DNA of 53,696 bases from Macrostomum lignano (Eukaryota). The notes under the pieces were generated by a model, which saw nothing but the letters and a program-made list of their open reading frames with translations, did not search any database and was not told the origin of the DNA. The translations under genes and the position numbers were made by a program. Below are positions 1 through 10,981 of the stretch, one piece after another; position 1 is the first letter of the stretch, and every line of letters begins with the position of its first letter. The stretch is taken from positions 1 through 53,696 of the forward strand of contig NIVC01001127.1 of the NCBI GenBank assembly GCA_002269645.1, read 5' to 3'.

Positions 1-1126
1 ACACAGCAGCAGAAATGGTGCACTAGCAACTACGGACAAGTTCAGCATTTTCGATTCGATATCTAAGGGTGCATTCAAAGAGTTCGACAGAGACTGGCCT
101 GACGCGTCACTTAACAGTAAATCAGATCGGTGTGAGACTTGCCAGCTGAATTGAAAGTCGCTTCCCTCCGGCGAGATCTGAGAGCCAACGCGCAGAAGCT
201 CTCCTTATTTCAATCCGCTATATTCTCTATTTCCACTTCTCTCCCAGGCCTTCTCTCTGTTCCCCTCTCACTGGCGCCCTAATTTCGCCTGGCCACTGCA
301 GCGATGCGGAACAAATCAAAAGTTTCTGCTCTCGTCTTCCCCCTTTCTGCCGACCGCGTCGTCCACACTGCAGCGAAATGGCTTTTCTCGTCTTACTGCT
401 TCACATTCGCTAGGGGCAGAGGCGCCGGCTGCCTGCGAGTGCATTGAGCTCGATGGCAAATGCGCAGCCCACTTACAGCTGTTCCTCTGCAGCCTAGTTT
501 ACGCGTTTGTTGCCACCAAGTGCAAAAGATGAACAAAGTGCCGAAATATGTCATACAATTGGATTGCTGTCTTACAACGCCACCGCAGCCTTCAAGCAAG
601 CAAGTTTCCGTTCCTCAACTCTGAGAACGTGTCTTAATAGTTCAACGCATATTATTTAAGCTGTCGATAGCCTAGCCAGAGACTGTAGGGCTTTGTTTGT
701 CATTCATTGATCTAACGAAAAACTCCATACTGACTCGTGTTTGCCAAGACAAGAGCGGGGGAACAAGAGAGGGGAAACAGAAGCTTTTTAGGCGATAACA
801 TGGCGCTGAGAATGACTGAGCATGAAGGAGAGCTAAAGGAATGCTTTTGCTGCTGAGAGAAAGTGGACCGTTGAGGGACACGATTGGGAGCAGCTGGTTG
901 GAGCAACCAGAGATTCCCAAAGTATGCAAGGCATGCACATGCTGCAGTTCCCAAATAAGTAGTTTGATATACATTCTTCACTGTTCACAACAAATTCGGT
1001 CAGTTTCTTTGCAACGCTGAATAACTACTCGATGCCGGACTCATGCCTTATCCGAACAAAGTCGTTTACGAGAGATCTTTTATAGGATAAATTTACTAAT
1101 TCGATGCCTAAAGTTACGCTGTTTAA

Positions 1127-1202
<76 letters not shown>
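1127..1202. repeat. (GAT)n microsatellite
   Basis: About 25 perfect GAT units; source of the poly-Met ORF. Confidence 0.98.
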
Positions 1203-1472
1203 CAGACGGCGCAGACTTCTCACTTTCTCGACAGTGCCAAGCGGGCAGCCTGGAAACAGGTTGGCAAAGAAGAAGTCGGGGGGGGGAGAGAGGCCTACAG
1301 ACTCAGTTTAACAACTGCGTTCTGTAGGCAAACCTCCCTCCAACAGAGCGGCCCGGAGATGACCGAACCGAGCACCTCTATAAACAACATTAAGGCCAAA
1401 CGGACACGGAAAGAGAACGTGCCCGTGTCCACGCCCCCCCCCCGGCGATAAAAGGACAGAAGAAGAAGAAGA
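1203..1472 (+). mobile_element. Possible 3' fragment of a non-LTR retroelement/SINE between two (GAT)n tracts
   Basis: Ends in an (AAG)n run that passes into (GAT)n. Contains hairpins gcctacaga..tctgtaggc and ggacacgg..ccgtgtcc. No family homology recognised. Confidence 0.35.
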
Positions 1473-1534
<62 letters not shown>

Positions 1535-1555
1535 AATGATGATGATGATGATGAT
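1473..1555. repeat. (GAT)n microsatellite
   Basis: About 27 GAT units with one TAA variant. Confidence 0.98.
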
Positions 1556-2104
1556 AAATTTCGTGTGCCCGTTCGTGTCTTTCCTACGGACTTGAAACCT
1601 CACTAATTAAGTCACTGCTTTGTCACTCAAGGTCTGCGAAAGACTACTCAAAAATACCCGGTACCTCATTCTACTAAAAGCCAGCATTCAAATCCGTTGA
1701 AGAACTCTGATCCGCCATTGTCCGTGACCCATCGCTGCCGGTTCACTTTTGAAGTCAGTTGCAATTTTAATTCTGCAATAATTGATGACAGTATTGTCCA
1801 AGTAACCATTTTCGATTTGAGACAATCATGTCCATTGTTCTCAAGCCATGCAGCAGTTAATGGATTGTGAAAGAGATTTCCAATTAATTATTTGTTAAAA
1901 TTGATTTCAGCGCATTTAAAACTGGTAGTCAAGTGATTTAATTAGTTTCAGAGTTTGTTAAAAGTACATTATATTTATGCACTAGAAAAGCGTTAAATTA
2001 AGTCACATTCGAGAACCAAAGCAGTAGAAAACTGTGCTATAACTTACAATGTATTTGTAAATTGTAATCACAATTCCTTGTCTTGTTCAGGGACCTTTCT
2101 TGAA

Positions 2105-2768
2105 AACAAATTTCACCCAACAGAATCTTACCCAACAGAATCTTACCCAACAGAATCTTACCCAAAAGAATTTCACCCAAGAAAATCTTGCCAAAGAAAA
2201 TCTTATGAAGCTTACCCAAGAGAATCTTACCCAAGTGAATCTTACCCAAGAGAATCTTACCCAAGTGAATCTTACCCAAGAGAATCTTACCCAAGAAAAT
2301 CTTACCCAAGAAAATCTTATGAATCTTACCCAACAGAATCTTATGAATCTTACCCAAGAAAATCTTATGAATCTTACCCAACAGAATCTTATGAATCTTA
2401 CCCAACAGAATCTTATGAATCTTACCCAACAGAATCTTATGAAACTTACCCAAGAGAATCTTATGAATCTTACCCAACAGAATCTTATGAATCTTACCCA
2501 ACAGAATCTTATGAATCTTACCCAAGAGAATCTTATGAATCTTACCCAAGAGAATCTTATGAATCTTACCCAAGAGAATATTACCCAAGAGAATATTACC
2601 AAGAGAATCTTACCCAAGAGAATCTTACCCAAGAGAATCTTACCCAAGAGAATCTTACCCAAGAGAATCTTACCCAAGAGAATCTTACCCAAGAGAATCT
2701 TACCCAAGAGAATCTTACCCAAGAGAATCTTACCCAAGAGAATCTTACCCAAGAGAATCTTACCCAAA
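2105..2768. repeat. 15/24-bp minisatellite (gaatcttacccaaga, with optional gaatcttat insert)
   Basis: Directly visible tandem units; explains four overlapping repetitive ORFs. Confidence 0.97.
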
Positions 2769-3700
2769 TCCACTGCGCTCTCCACGCTCTCCAGGTGCGG
2801 ATATCAATTGCACTTCAAATTTCCAGCTTTGAGCACACCATGCCAGCTTACGCAGGCGACGGAATCCGAAATTGAAAAGCTTCCCTGGGTTTTGTTTTAT
2901 TAATTAATATTTCGAGTATCTTGAGACTCTTCACACTCAGAGTAAGCCCTACCAAAGTGTACAAAGATACGGAGAATGAGGTTGGCAAGAGTAGGCAGTC
3001 TGTGTTTGCATAGCGCCACTCAGAGATCGTATATATGATGCTCGGTGGGCTGTACTGATCAACTTTTTGGCAGGGTGCAAAGAGGAACCTCATTTTTGTT
3101 TGTACGACATGATTTATACTCTTGACATTTGCCTAGACTTTAGTTATGATATGCTATGAGCAATGGAAGACACCGTCTTGGAACTGAAGTTCAAGAGGAC
3201 AAACCAATTCAGCCACCAAGGTAAAAAGGCAGATTTTTAGTATTGCAGGCTAAAAGAAATGCAGGCTTACCTAAAAAACAAAATAAAACTTAATTTGAAA
3301 CGGCAAGCAAGAAAATTCTCTAAGGGTACTACTGTAGCGTATAAGTAGAACAATAGAAATATTTTGAAGTACTTTTCTCACTTTTGAAAAAGACAAAAGA
3401 CAAAAGACAAGAAAACTTATATAGAAACGTTGTTGTTTGTGCTAGATTTCATCAGACTTTCATTAAGTTTAACTCGCATTTAACTGACATAAGTGAGATT
3501 CATAACACAAGTGTTTAAAATGAAATCAATAATGAATAAACAGGTATTATTTTGCCATTTTATTTCAAATTGGAACATTTTTACACTACCTTATGGGTCA
3601 GTTTGGTATGAGCTGCGAGAGAAGTTTAACAAATGTGTTATATGTTCAACTATGTTTTCGATAAGGTCTTCATTCCAAAAGCCTTTCTGAGGCTATCAGT

Positions 3701-4026
3701 GGGGTTTGTAGCCTAGTGGTTGGAGCGTGGGACTCACGACTTGAAGGTCGTGGGTTCGATTCCCGATCCCACTGGAACAATTTGTGCCCTTGAGCAAAAC
3801 ACTAAGCTCTTCATTTTTTCAGTTCACCCAGCTGTTAAATGGGTGCCAGCATCAGCTGGGGTAATTGAGGGTGCGTGTGGCGACCCCCCAGTCCTTGGAC
3901 TGAACAGCCTTACGCAGCCTTCAGATGCGCCGCGCAATAGCTGCGGCTGAGCTGTCGGTTGCACATCTGGCCCAATTGGGGCAGGTGTAATCAATTATTA
4001 CTATTGGTAGTAATTACAATTACAAT
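3701..4026 (+). mobile_element. tRNA-derived SINE with CORE-like central domain, copy 1 (near full length)
   Basis: A box TAGCCTAGTGG, B box GGTTCGATTCC, central tgtgcccttgagcaaaacactaa..cagctgttaaatggg, and an AT-rich simple tail. A second copy lies at 4576. Confidence 0.8.
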
Positions 4027-4099
4027 CCGAAACATTCAACAACGATGGAAGCATATCTATCGAGCCCGAGTCCAATGTACACCTCTTATAGTTTCATTC

Positions 4100-7000
4100 T
4101 CAATACTTGCGACTTCTCTCAGGCGCGGAATGCCGCTTCATCTCGTCCAGCTGCTTTGTCAGGTCTCGAATTTGGTCGCGCAGTCGCAGCTCGGCTCTCG
4201 CCTTCTCCTTCATCTTGTCAGCATAGTCGCTAATGGCCTCCTTTTGGTCGGCTAGCAGCCTGTTTCGCTCAGTCATAAGCTGATATTTGACCTTTTCAGA
4301 CTCGGCAATCACTTCGTTGACAATTCTATTGCACTCGCTGCAGCGGTCTGATAGTTCCTTTTCGCTCTGTTTTAACTGGCCAATTTCCTGTTTCAGCTGT
4401 TGGATCTCGCGGTCTTTGTCGTGTTCTGGACCTTGTCGACCTTCGATTGCTTGTGGCTTCTGCTGCTGCTGCTGTTGATGTTGTTCTGCAGGGCTGCGGG
4501 TGGAGCATTTAATCTGTGTCTGAACACTTAGGCATTCAAAATGGCTACACAGACTGTAGCTTGTGGTTTTTCACTGGGGGTTTTAGCCTAGTGGTTAGAG
4601 CGTCGGACTCACGACTTGAAGGTCGGGGTTCGATTCCTGATCCCACTGGAACAATTTGTGTCCTTAAGCAAGACACTTAACTCTGCATTGCTTCGGTTCA
4701 CCCAGCTGTAAAATGGCTGCCAGCATTAGCTGGGGTAATTGAGGGTGTGTGTGGCGACCACCCAGTCCTTGAACTGAACAGCCGTTCTCAATCATTAAGG
4801 CACAGAGAGTGTACATGCCTAACGATTAGACAGTCAGGGCCGCTGTACACCCCGTGTGAGCGTGTACATCAGTGCGTGCCTGTGTACAGTATTGGCTTAG
4901 CTTGTATGTGTTCAGGAGTCAGCAGAATGATGTTGCCGAAGGCGTTGCGATAGAGGGATTTAGGAATTAAGCGTATAGATCAGTGGCTTTGCCTTTCTGA
5001 CCTGTTGTCTGACAAGACACCTCACCTGACACATCTAACTCCGCCATTTCCGATCGTCATAGAACTTAGCTGCTCTCGCAGGCTCTGGTGCCTCTCCAGC
5101 AAAGCCAGATGTTTGACTGCCATTGCATTGAATTTTCTGAACGGTTTAATATCACGCATGATGAATTTAATTTACTCTAGCAAAATTTAATTATACCCAA
5201 TTTTTTCGTTCCCTTACTCTGTAGTCTCGTTGCTGATGGTAGTTTTCAATTCTTCAAGCGTTCTCTCCAGTTCAGCCTTTTCCTTTTCTGCTTGTTCTCG
5301 ACTGTAAAGATAGAAGTGAGGAATTTCATTTCGTTGCCAAACTCCAATTCAAGGATATTCATGTTGTAGTTAAAGGGGTAAAGCGTAAAGCGGGGTTAGA
5401 AGAGGTAGAGAGTGGTGGGGTTAGAAGGGGCGGAGAGTGATGGGGTTAGAAGGGGCGGAGAGGGATGGGATTAGAAGGGGCAGAGAGTGGTGGGGTTAGA
5501 AGGGGCAGAGAGTGATGGGGTTAGAAGGGGCGGAGAGTGATGGGGTTAGAAGGGGCGGAGAGGGATGGGGTTAGAAGGGGCGGAGAGTGGTGGGGTTAGA
5601 AGGGGCGGAGAGTGATGTGGTTAGAAGGGGCGGAGAGTGATGGGATTAGAAGGGGCAGAGAGTGGTGGGGTTAGAAGGGGCAGAGAGTGATGGGGTTAGA
5701 AGGGGCGGAGAGTGGTGGGGTTAGAAGGGGTAGAGAGTGGTGGGGTTAGAAGGGGTAGAGAGTGGTGGGGTTAGAAGGGGTAGAGAGTGGTGGGGTTAGA
5801 AGGGGCAGAGAGCGGTGGGGTTAGAAGGGGTAGAGAGTGGTGGGGTTAGAAGGGGCAGAGAGCGGTGGGGTTAGAAGGGGTAGAGAGTGGTGGGGTTAGA
5901 AGGGGCAGAGAGTAGTGGGGTTAGAAGTGGCAGAGAGCGGTGGGGTTAGAAGGGGCAGAGAGCGGTGGGGTTAGAAGGGGCAGAGAGCGGTGGGGTTAGA
6001 AGGGGCAGAGAGCGGTGGGGTTAGAAGGGGCAGAGAGCGGTGGGGTTAGAAGGGGCAGAGAGTGGTGGGGTTAGAAGGGGCAGAGAGCGGTGGGGTTAGA
6101 AGGGGTAGAGAGTGATGGGGTTAGAAGGGGCAGAGAGCGGTGGGGTTAGAAGGGGCAGAGAGTGGTGGGGTTAGAAGGGGCAGAGAGTAGTGGGGTTAGA
6201 AGGGGCGGAGAGTGGTGGGGTTGGAAGGGGTAGAGAGTGGTGGGGTTAGAAGGGGCAGAGAGTGGTGGGGTTAGAAGGGGCAGAGAGCGGTGGGGTTAGA
6301 AGGGGCAGAGAGTGGTGGGGTTAGAAGGGGCAGAGAGCGGTGGGGTTAGAAGGGGTAGAGAGTGGTGGGGTTAGAAGGGGCAGAGAGCGGTGGGGTTAGA
6401 AGGGGCAGAGAGTGGTGGGGTTAGAAGGGGCAGAGAGTGGTGGGGTTGGAATGGGTAGAGAGCGGTGGGTTTAGAAGGGGCAGAGAGTGTAGTGAGGATG
6501 AAAGTGGCAGAGTGGTTTAGGGCCAGGACAGACAGTGAGACATTAATAGGATAGCAAGGTGCAAAATATGGTGCATATAGCTACCCAGCATTAGCCTGAT
6601 CCAGCTCCAGCTCCAGCTCCCGAGCCCTGTCTCGAGCCTGCTGTGCTGCCTCTCTCTCCTGTTCAATTTCAACCGTCAGCTTGGCGAGTTCCTCCAAAGC
6701 TGTGTCTGAAACTCGTTTTCTGCCTTCATCTTGGCTTATCAGCTTCTTCTGCAACTGATTAAGCTGTTCGAATCGGTCTAAAAAGCTCGCCCTCTCTTTT
6801 TCGACCGCAACAGCGTGTCGACGCTGCAGATCGCTTATTTGAGCTTGGTGCCGGGCTCGCTCAATCTCTCGAGGAACGACAGTCCGTTCCACGTCGCTAA
6901 ATTTGCAAGATGTTGATTATCGCGTATTATTGATAATTTTTGACCGGTTTGCCTAGCCGACTTGCACGGCGTGGACAAACCCCGGCGTTTGCGATTGGCT

Positions 7001-8620
7001 GGGAGGGGGGTACGTGTTTGGCTCCACCTCTGGGGGGGGGTAGATCTGTGGCGTTGGGGTGGGTGGCAGTGCGCTGTGCCTTTTTAGGCCTTGCCTTGAA
7101 CTGAGAACGCTGTTCTCACGGCGTTGAATTGTTTTTGTTCGTACTAAAAAATATATATAAATTGAAGGCTCGGGCCTCGATTGCGCCACCTGTGTTATTA
7201 CTCGTACCAAGCGCTTTTCGTTGCTGTCTCCCTTCCTGTCATACAGCTAAAGCTGGAGTTTACAACAAGGATAAGCTTCCAAGGTATTTGGCCTTAAAAG
7301 AGCTTACAGGAAGCTTACTGCCAGCGATCCGCCTATGTTCGAAAAAGTTATAAAGAAGCTTTACAAGCTTAGTAAAACATGCTTAGCAAACGTCAATAAA
7401 TGGGTGTAGCAGACGTCAAATGGGTAGTAAACGTCAATAAATGTAGCAGACGTCAAATGGGTAGCAAACGTCAATAAATGGGTGTAGCAGACATCAAATG
7501 GGTAGCAAACGTCAATAAATGGGTGTAGCAGACGTCAAATGGGTAGCAAACGTCAATAAATGTAGCAGACGTCAAATGGGTACAAACGTCAATAAATGTA
7601 GCAGACGTCAAATGGGTACAAACGTCAATAAATGGGTGTAGCAGACGTCAAATGGGTACAAACGTCAATAAAAATGGGTGTAGCAGACGTCAAATGGGTA
7701 CAAACGTCAATAAATGGGTTTAGCAGACGTAAAATGGGTACAAACGTCAATAAATGGGTGTAGCAGACGTAAAATGGGTGCAAACGTCAATAAATGGGTG
7801 TAGCAGACGTCAAATGGGTACAAACGTCAATAAATGGGTGTAGCAGACGTCAAATGGGTGCATCAAACGTCAAATGGGTAGCAAACGTCAAATGGGTGTA
7901 TCAAACGTCAAATGGGTGTAGCAAACGTCAAATGGGTGCATCAAACGTCAAATGGGTGTATCAAACGTCAAATGGGTAGCAAACGTCAAATGGGTGTATC
8001 AAACGTCAAATGGGTATCAAACGTTAAATGGGTAGCAAACGTCAAATGGGTATCAAACGTCAAATGGGTAGCAAACGTCAAATGGGTGTATCAAACGTCA
8101 AATAGGTAGCAAACGTTAAATGGGTAGCAAACGTCAAATGGGTGTATCAAACGTCAAATGGGTAGCAAACGTCAAATGGGTAGCAAACGTCAAATGGGTG
8201 TATCAAACGTCAAATGGGTAGCAAACGTCAAATGGGTGCATCAAACGTCAAATGGGTAGCAAAAGTCATAGGATCCACTAAGACGTCTAGAAACTGGAAC
8301 TATACCGTCGTGACAGATAGGGCCAACCGCTATGTACCTCTAAGATAATAGAGAAAAAGTTGTAAGCAGCCTCACCGGACTATGGGCTGATTGTCAGCTC
8401 TAGTTGATGCAGCAATTGAATTGCGCAGCTTCTCAAGCCGGTCCCCCTGTTCAGCTAGTTGTTGTCGAACCTTAACCCAACGTTCTCGCGCAATTTCTAT
8501 TTGTTCAACCAGCTGATTTGGCGCCGTCAACTGACTAATTGTGACGCTTGCACTGCCGCCGAAGCCTTGCAGCACTACTTCGTAGCTGTCTTCCAGTTCT
8601 CGAGGCCTCGCAGATGCCAT
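4100..8620 (-). CDS. Uncharacterised coiled-coil protein, 5 coding exons, about 385-392 aa
   Basis: Exons 8620-8376, 6896-6585, 5301-5218, 5136-5026 (or 5040) and 4526 (or 4519)-4100. GT-AG sites; phase 2 is conserved at the first three junctions and the last junction is ambiguous. E/K/Q/L/R heptad-rich sequence. Confidence 0.75.
4576..4784 (+). mobile_element. tRNA-derived CORE-like SINE, copy 2 (3' truncated), in last intron of the coiled-coil gene
   Basis: Aligns by eye to 3701-3910 with scattered substitutions; A and B boxes are present. Confidence 0.8.
5392..6490. repeat. 25-bp G-rich minisatellite (ggggttagaaggggcagagagtggt), intron 2 of coiled-coil gene
   Basis: About 44 tandem units. 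Confidence 0.97.
7385..8268. repeat. 18-41-bp minisatellite (aaacgtcaaatgggtagc family), intron 1 of coiled-coil gene
   Basis: Dimeric ~41-bp units on the left and 18/20-bp monomers on the right. Confidence 0.96.
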
Positions 8621-10491
8621 AAAGATTTTCGTTAGTTTGTATCTTTGATTTGCTTAGCAATCCGAGTCGAGCGGTCCGTCTTTGCGCTGCCTGTTTTCCT
8701 GTCTATTTTATAGCGAGAAAGCAATTCTCTATTCCATTTATTGTCAGAATTTTTCTACCCTTCCTACAGTGCATTTTCACTGGCTGCACAGAAATGGTTC
8801 ACAGAAAGCAGTGATGAGCTACGCATTGGAGCAGAAGAAACCGATTCCTGCAGACGCTAAAAATAGTGGTAGCAAGCTATGACACAGAAAACACTTGTAG
8901 CTCGAGCCTGTCTACTGCACAAAGAAACGCTGTTGTTCGTGCTGTTTTTAGTCATTACTAGCTAGTATCAATAGTGCAAGACAGTGTGGCTCTGTGCTTT
9001 GCGCATCCACAACATTGAGCTAAATTTTGAGAAGCTTCAAATTTGTTTATGAGTTGAATTAGAATAATCTACAACATCTAGGATGAAATCTAGCTTTAAG
9101 ATATTAGTAGTAAACCAGCGAACCAAAAACTTACAGATTGGTGCTCGCGCCTTTTGGTAACCATGGCTATTGAATAACTGGGCTGGCTATGCTTACATAC
9201 TAAAGTACTTGGTCTAGCAAACATACTCGCAAGTATACAGTGTAATCAGAATTGTATCTGCCAATGTACGCAATTCAAGCTCATGCGTTAGAAAGTGAAA
9301 CCCAAATTCTGCGCACTTAATCACAATATACTAAATCTCTAAGATCTGTCTGTCTGGTATTCCAGTCTACAGCCTGAATGCCTGAACCGATTTTTTTCAA
9401 AATTGCTTTGTTCAATTGCAAATTCTTGTGAGATTGTGTGGATCTAATAATGATGCTAAATGGTAAAGGCTCAGTAGTTGAAGCAGCCGGAACTTACGTC
9501 TTGGTAAGACGCTTCTGAATAGCGTTAATGCGTTTAGAGCTTGTTATGAACAACGGAAAATCGAAAATTATACTCTTTTAATACACTCTACAGCAGTAGA
9601 GAATTTTGGACACCGCTGCAAGCAAGAAATGCTATTTTTCTAGAATATTTTCAGAATGGAGATTTTCATTTTCCAGCAAAAATCTGTAGTTGCTTTCAAA
9701 ACTAGTATTGTAGTATATTGATATTTGTAGAGTTTTTTGTTTAGAAAATTAGGATTTCTTGTTGCTAAAAATCATACAAAAATGACACAATTTGATTCAG
9801 ATTCATTCCTTTTATGAATCTTTATCAGGCTTATCTTGTTGATTTTATACCAAAATCGATTTTAACTAAGATAATACAAATATTCAGAAAAATGAGACAA
9901 TATTGACTGAGGCTAAGTTTCTCTCATAAATATGGCCTATATATATTAGCTTTTAAAGCCTTTTATTTTTAAAGAAAGCTCTACTACGTAATATCAAATA
10001 GAGCTATGAGAAAGGCAAGTCATATCACCAGATAAACATTGGGTCTGCCTCCTATCGAAAGCAATAAATTTTTTGTGCTGAAAAAAGAAACACTCCATTC
10101 TCCGTAGCTAATAGATTTTCCGGTAAAACCCGCCTTCAAAATTTCCAAGAAACGTATTTTCCCGTCCTTGATCTACTTGGGTAGTTCTTGATTCGAATTC
10201 GCATTTTGTTTTTTTAAGTTTACTATTGGGTTCATTTAGATCGCATATGTTATCCGGATATGTTTGCTTAATCGAATTTTGTTTCCGAGAAATTCTACTC
10301 ATATGTAACGATGCGAATTGTAGTCTTGTTCTCTGAGGGTGTGGGTGTAGATCTCCATTCTGTGTGCAACATTGATAAAACGTGGCAAATTATGAAAAAG
10401 TTCCAGAGTTCCTCTAGTGTACGCATTTAATCACAAGATTGAACCATTTACTTTACTAGAAAATCATCCAAAGCTTGACAGACATAGCTGT

Positions 10492-10760
10492 TTAACCACA
10501 AAATACACAGTCAGCGTCACAGGGGCGTCTAAGGGCCAAGTGCGAACGAACGCCGAGTGCAGGCCTCTCCCGCCGGTAGGGTACCTGCAGCGTCAGCAGC
10601 AGCATCTTCTGCACCGGTTGTGGGCAGTATGTCTCGGCGCGGATGATATGGCCTGCGAGCTGGAGTCGCCGAGGGCGCAACACGTCGCTTGGGCGGACCA
10701 GGCCGGCGCGATGATACAATGGCGCGTGGGTCATTCGTTCGTAGCCGATCTTGAAGGCGG
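10492..10760 (-). mobile_element. Non-LTR retrotransposon (RTE-like) ORF C-terminal fragment
   Basis: Translation SDVLRPRRLQLAGHIIR resembles the post-RT RRLRWAGHVxR motif. A short related piece (cctgcagcgtcagcagca) recurs near 12490. Confidence 0.6.
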
Positions 10761-10981
10761 CGCGCAGCTAGTATGTGTTTAACCGTACCGTAACTTAGCT
10801 ACTTTTGCTTAAGTAAATATATTTATTACATAGAATGCTTTCATAACCTACGCAATAAAACCTACGCAAATATAATCGCAAAAAATATACCTCTCATTCG
10901 GATAAAAAGGTCTGCACGTACTTTGGTATTTTTAAAAAGATGAAGACAGAAATTTGAAGCAGTTGGTGACGTTAAACAGCA

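Noticed and set aside
1104-2903. Poly-Met/poly-Ile and LLGKI/ESYP/QENLT ORFs
   Set aside because: They are translations of microsatellite and 15/24-bp minisatellite units, open in several frames and on both strands.
2795-3015. Possible exons after the 15-bp array (acceptor-like ctctccag; GADINC ankyrin-like hint)
   Set aside because: The GADIN frame stops after a few codons and no consistent exon chain could be built.
3701-3775. tRNA gene calls at 3701 and 4576
   Set aside because: The acceptor and anticodon stems are imperfect, there is no poly-T terminator, and both continue into shared SINE body sequence.
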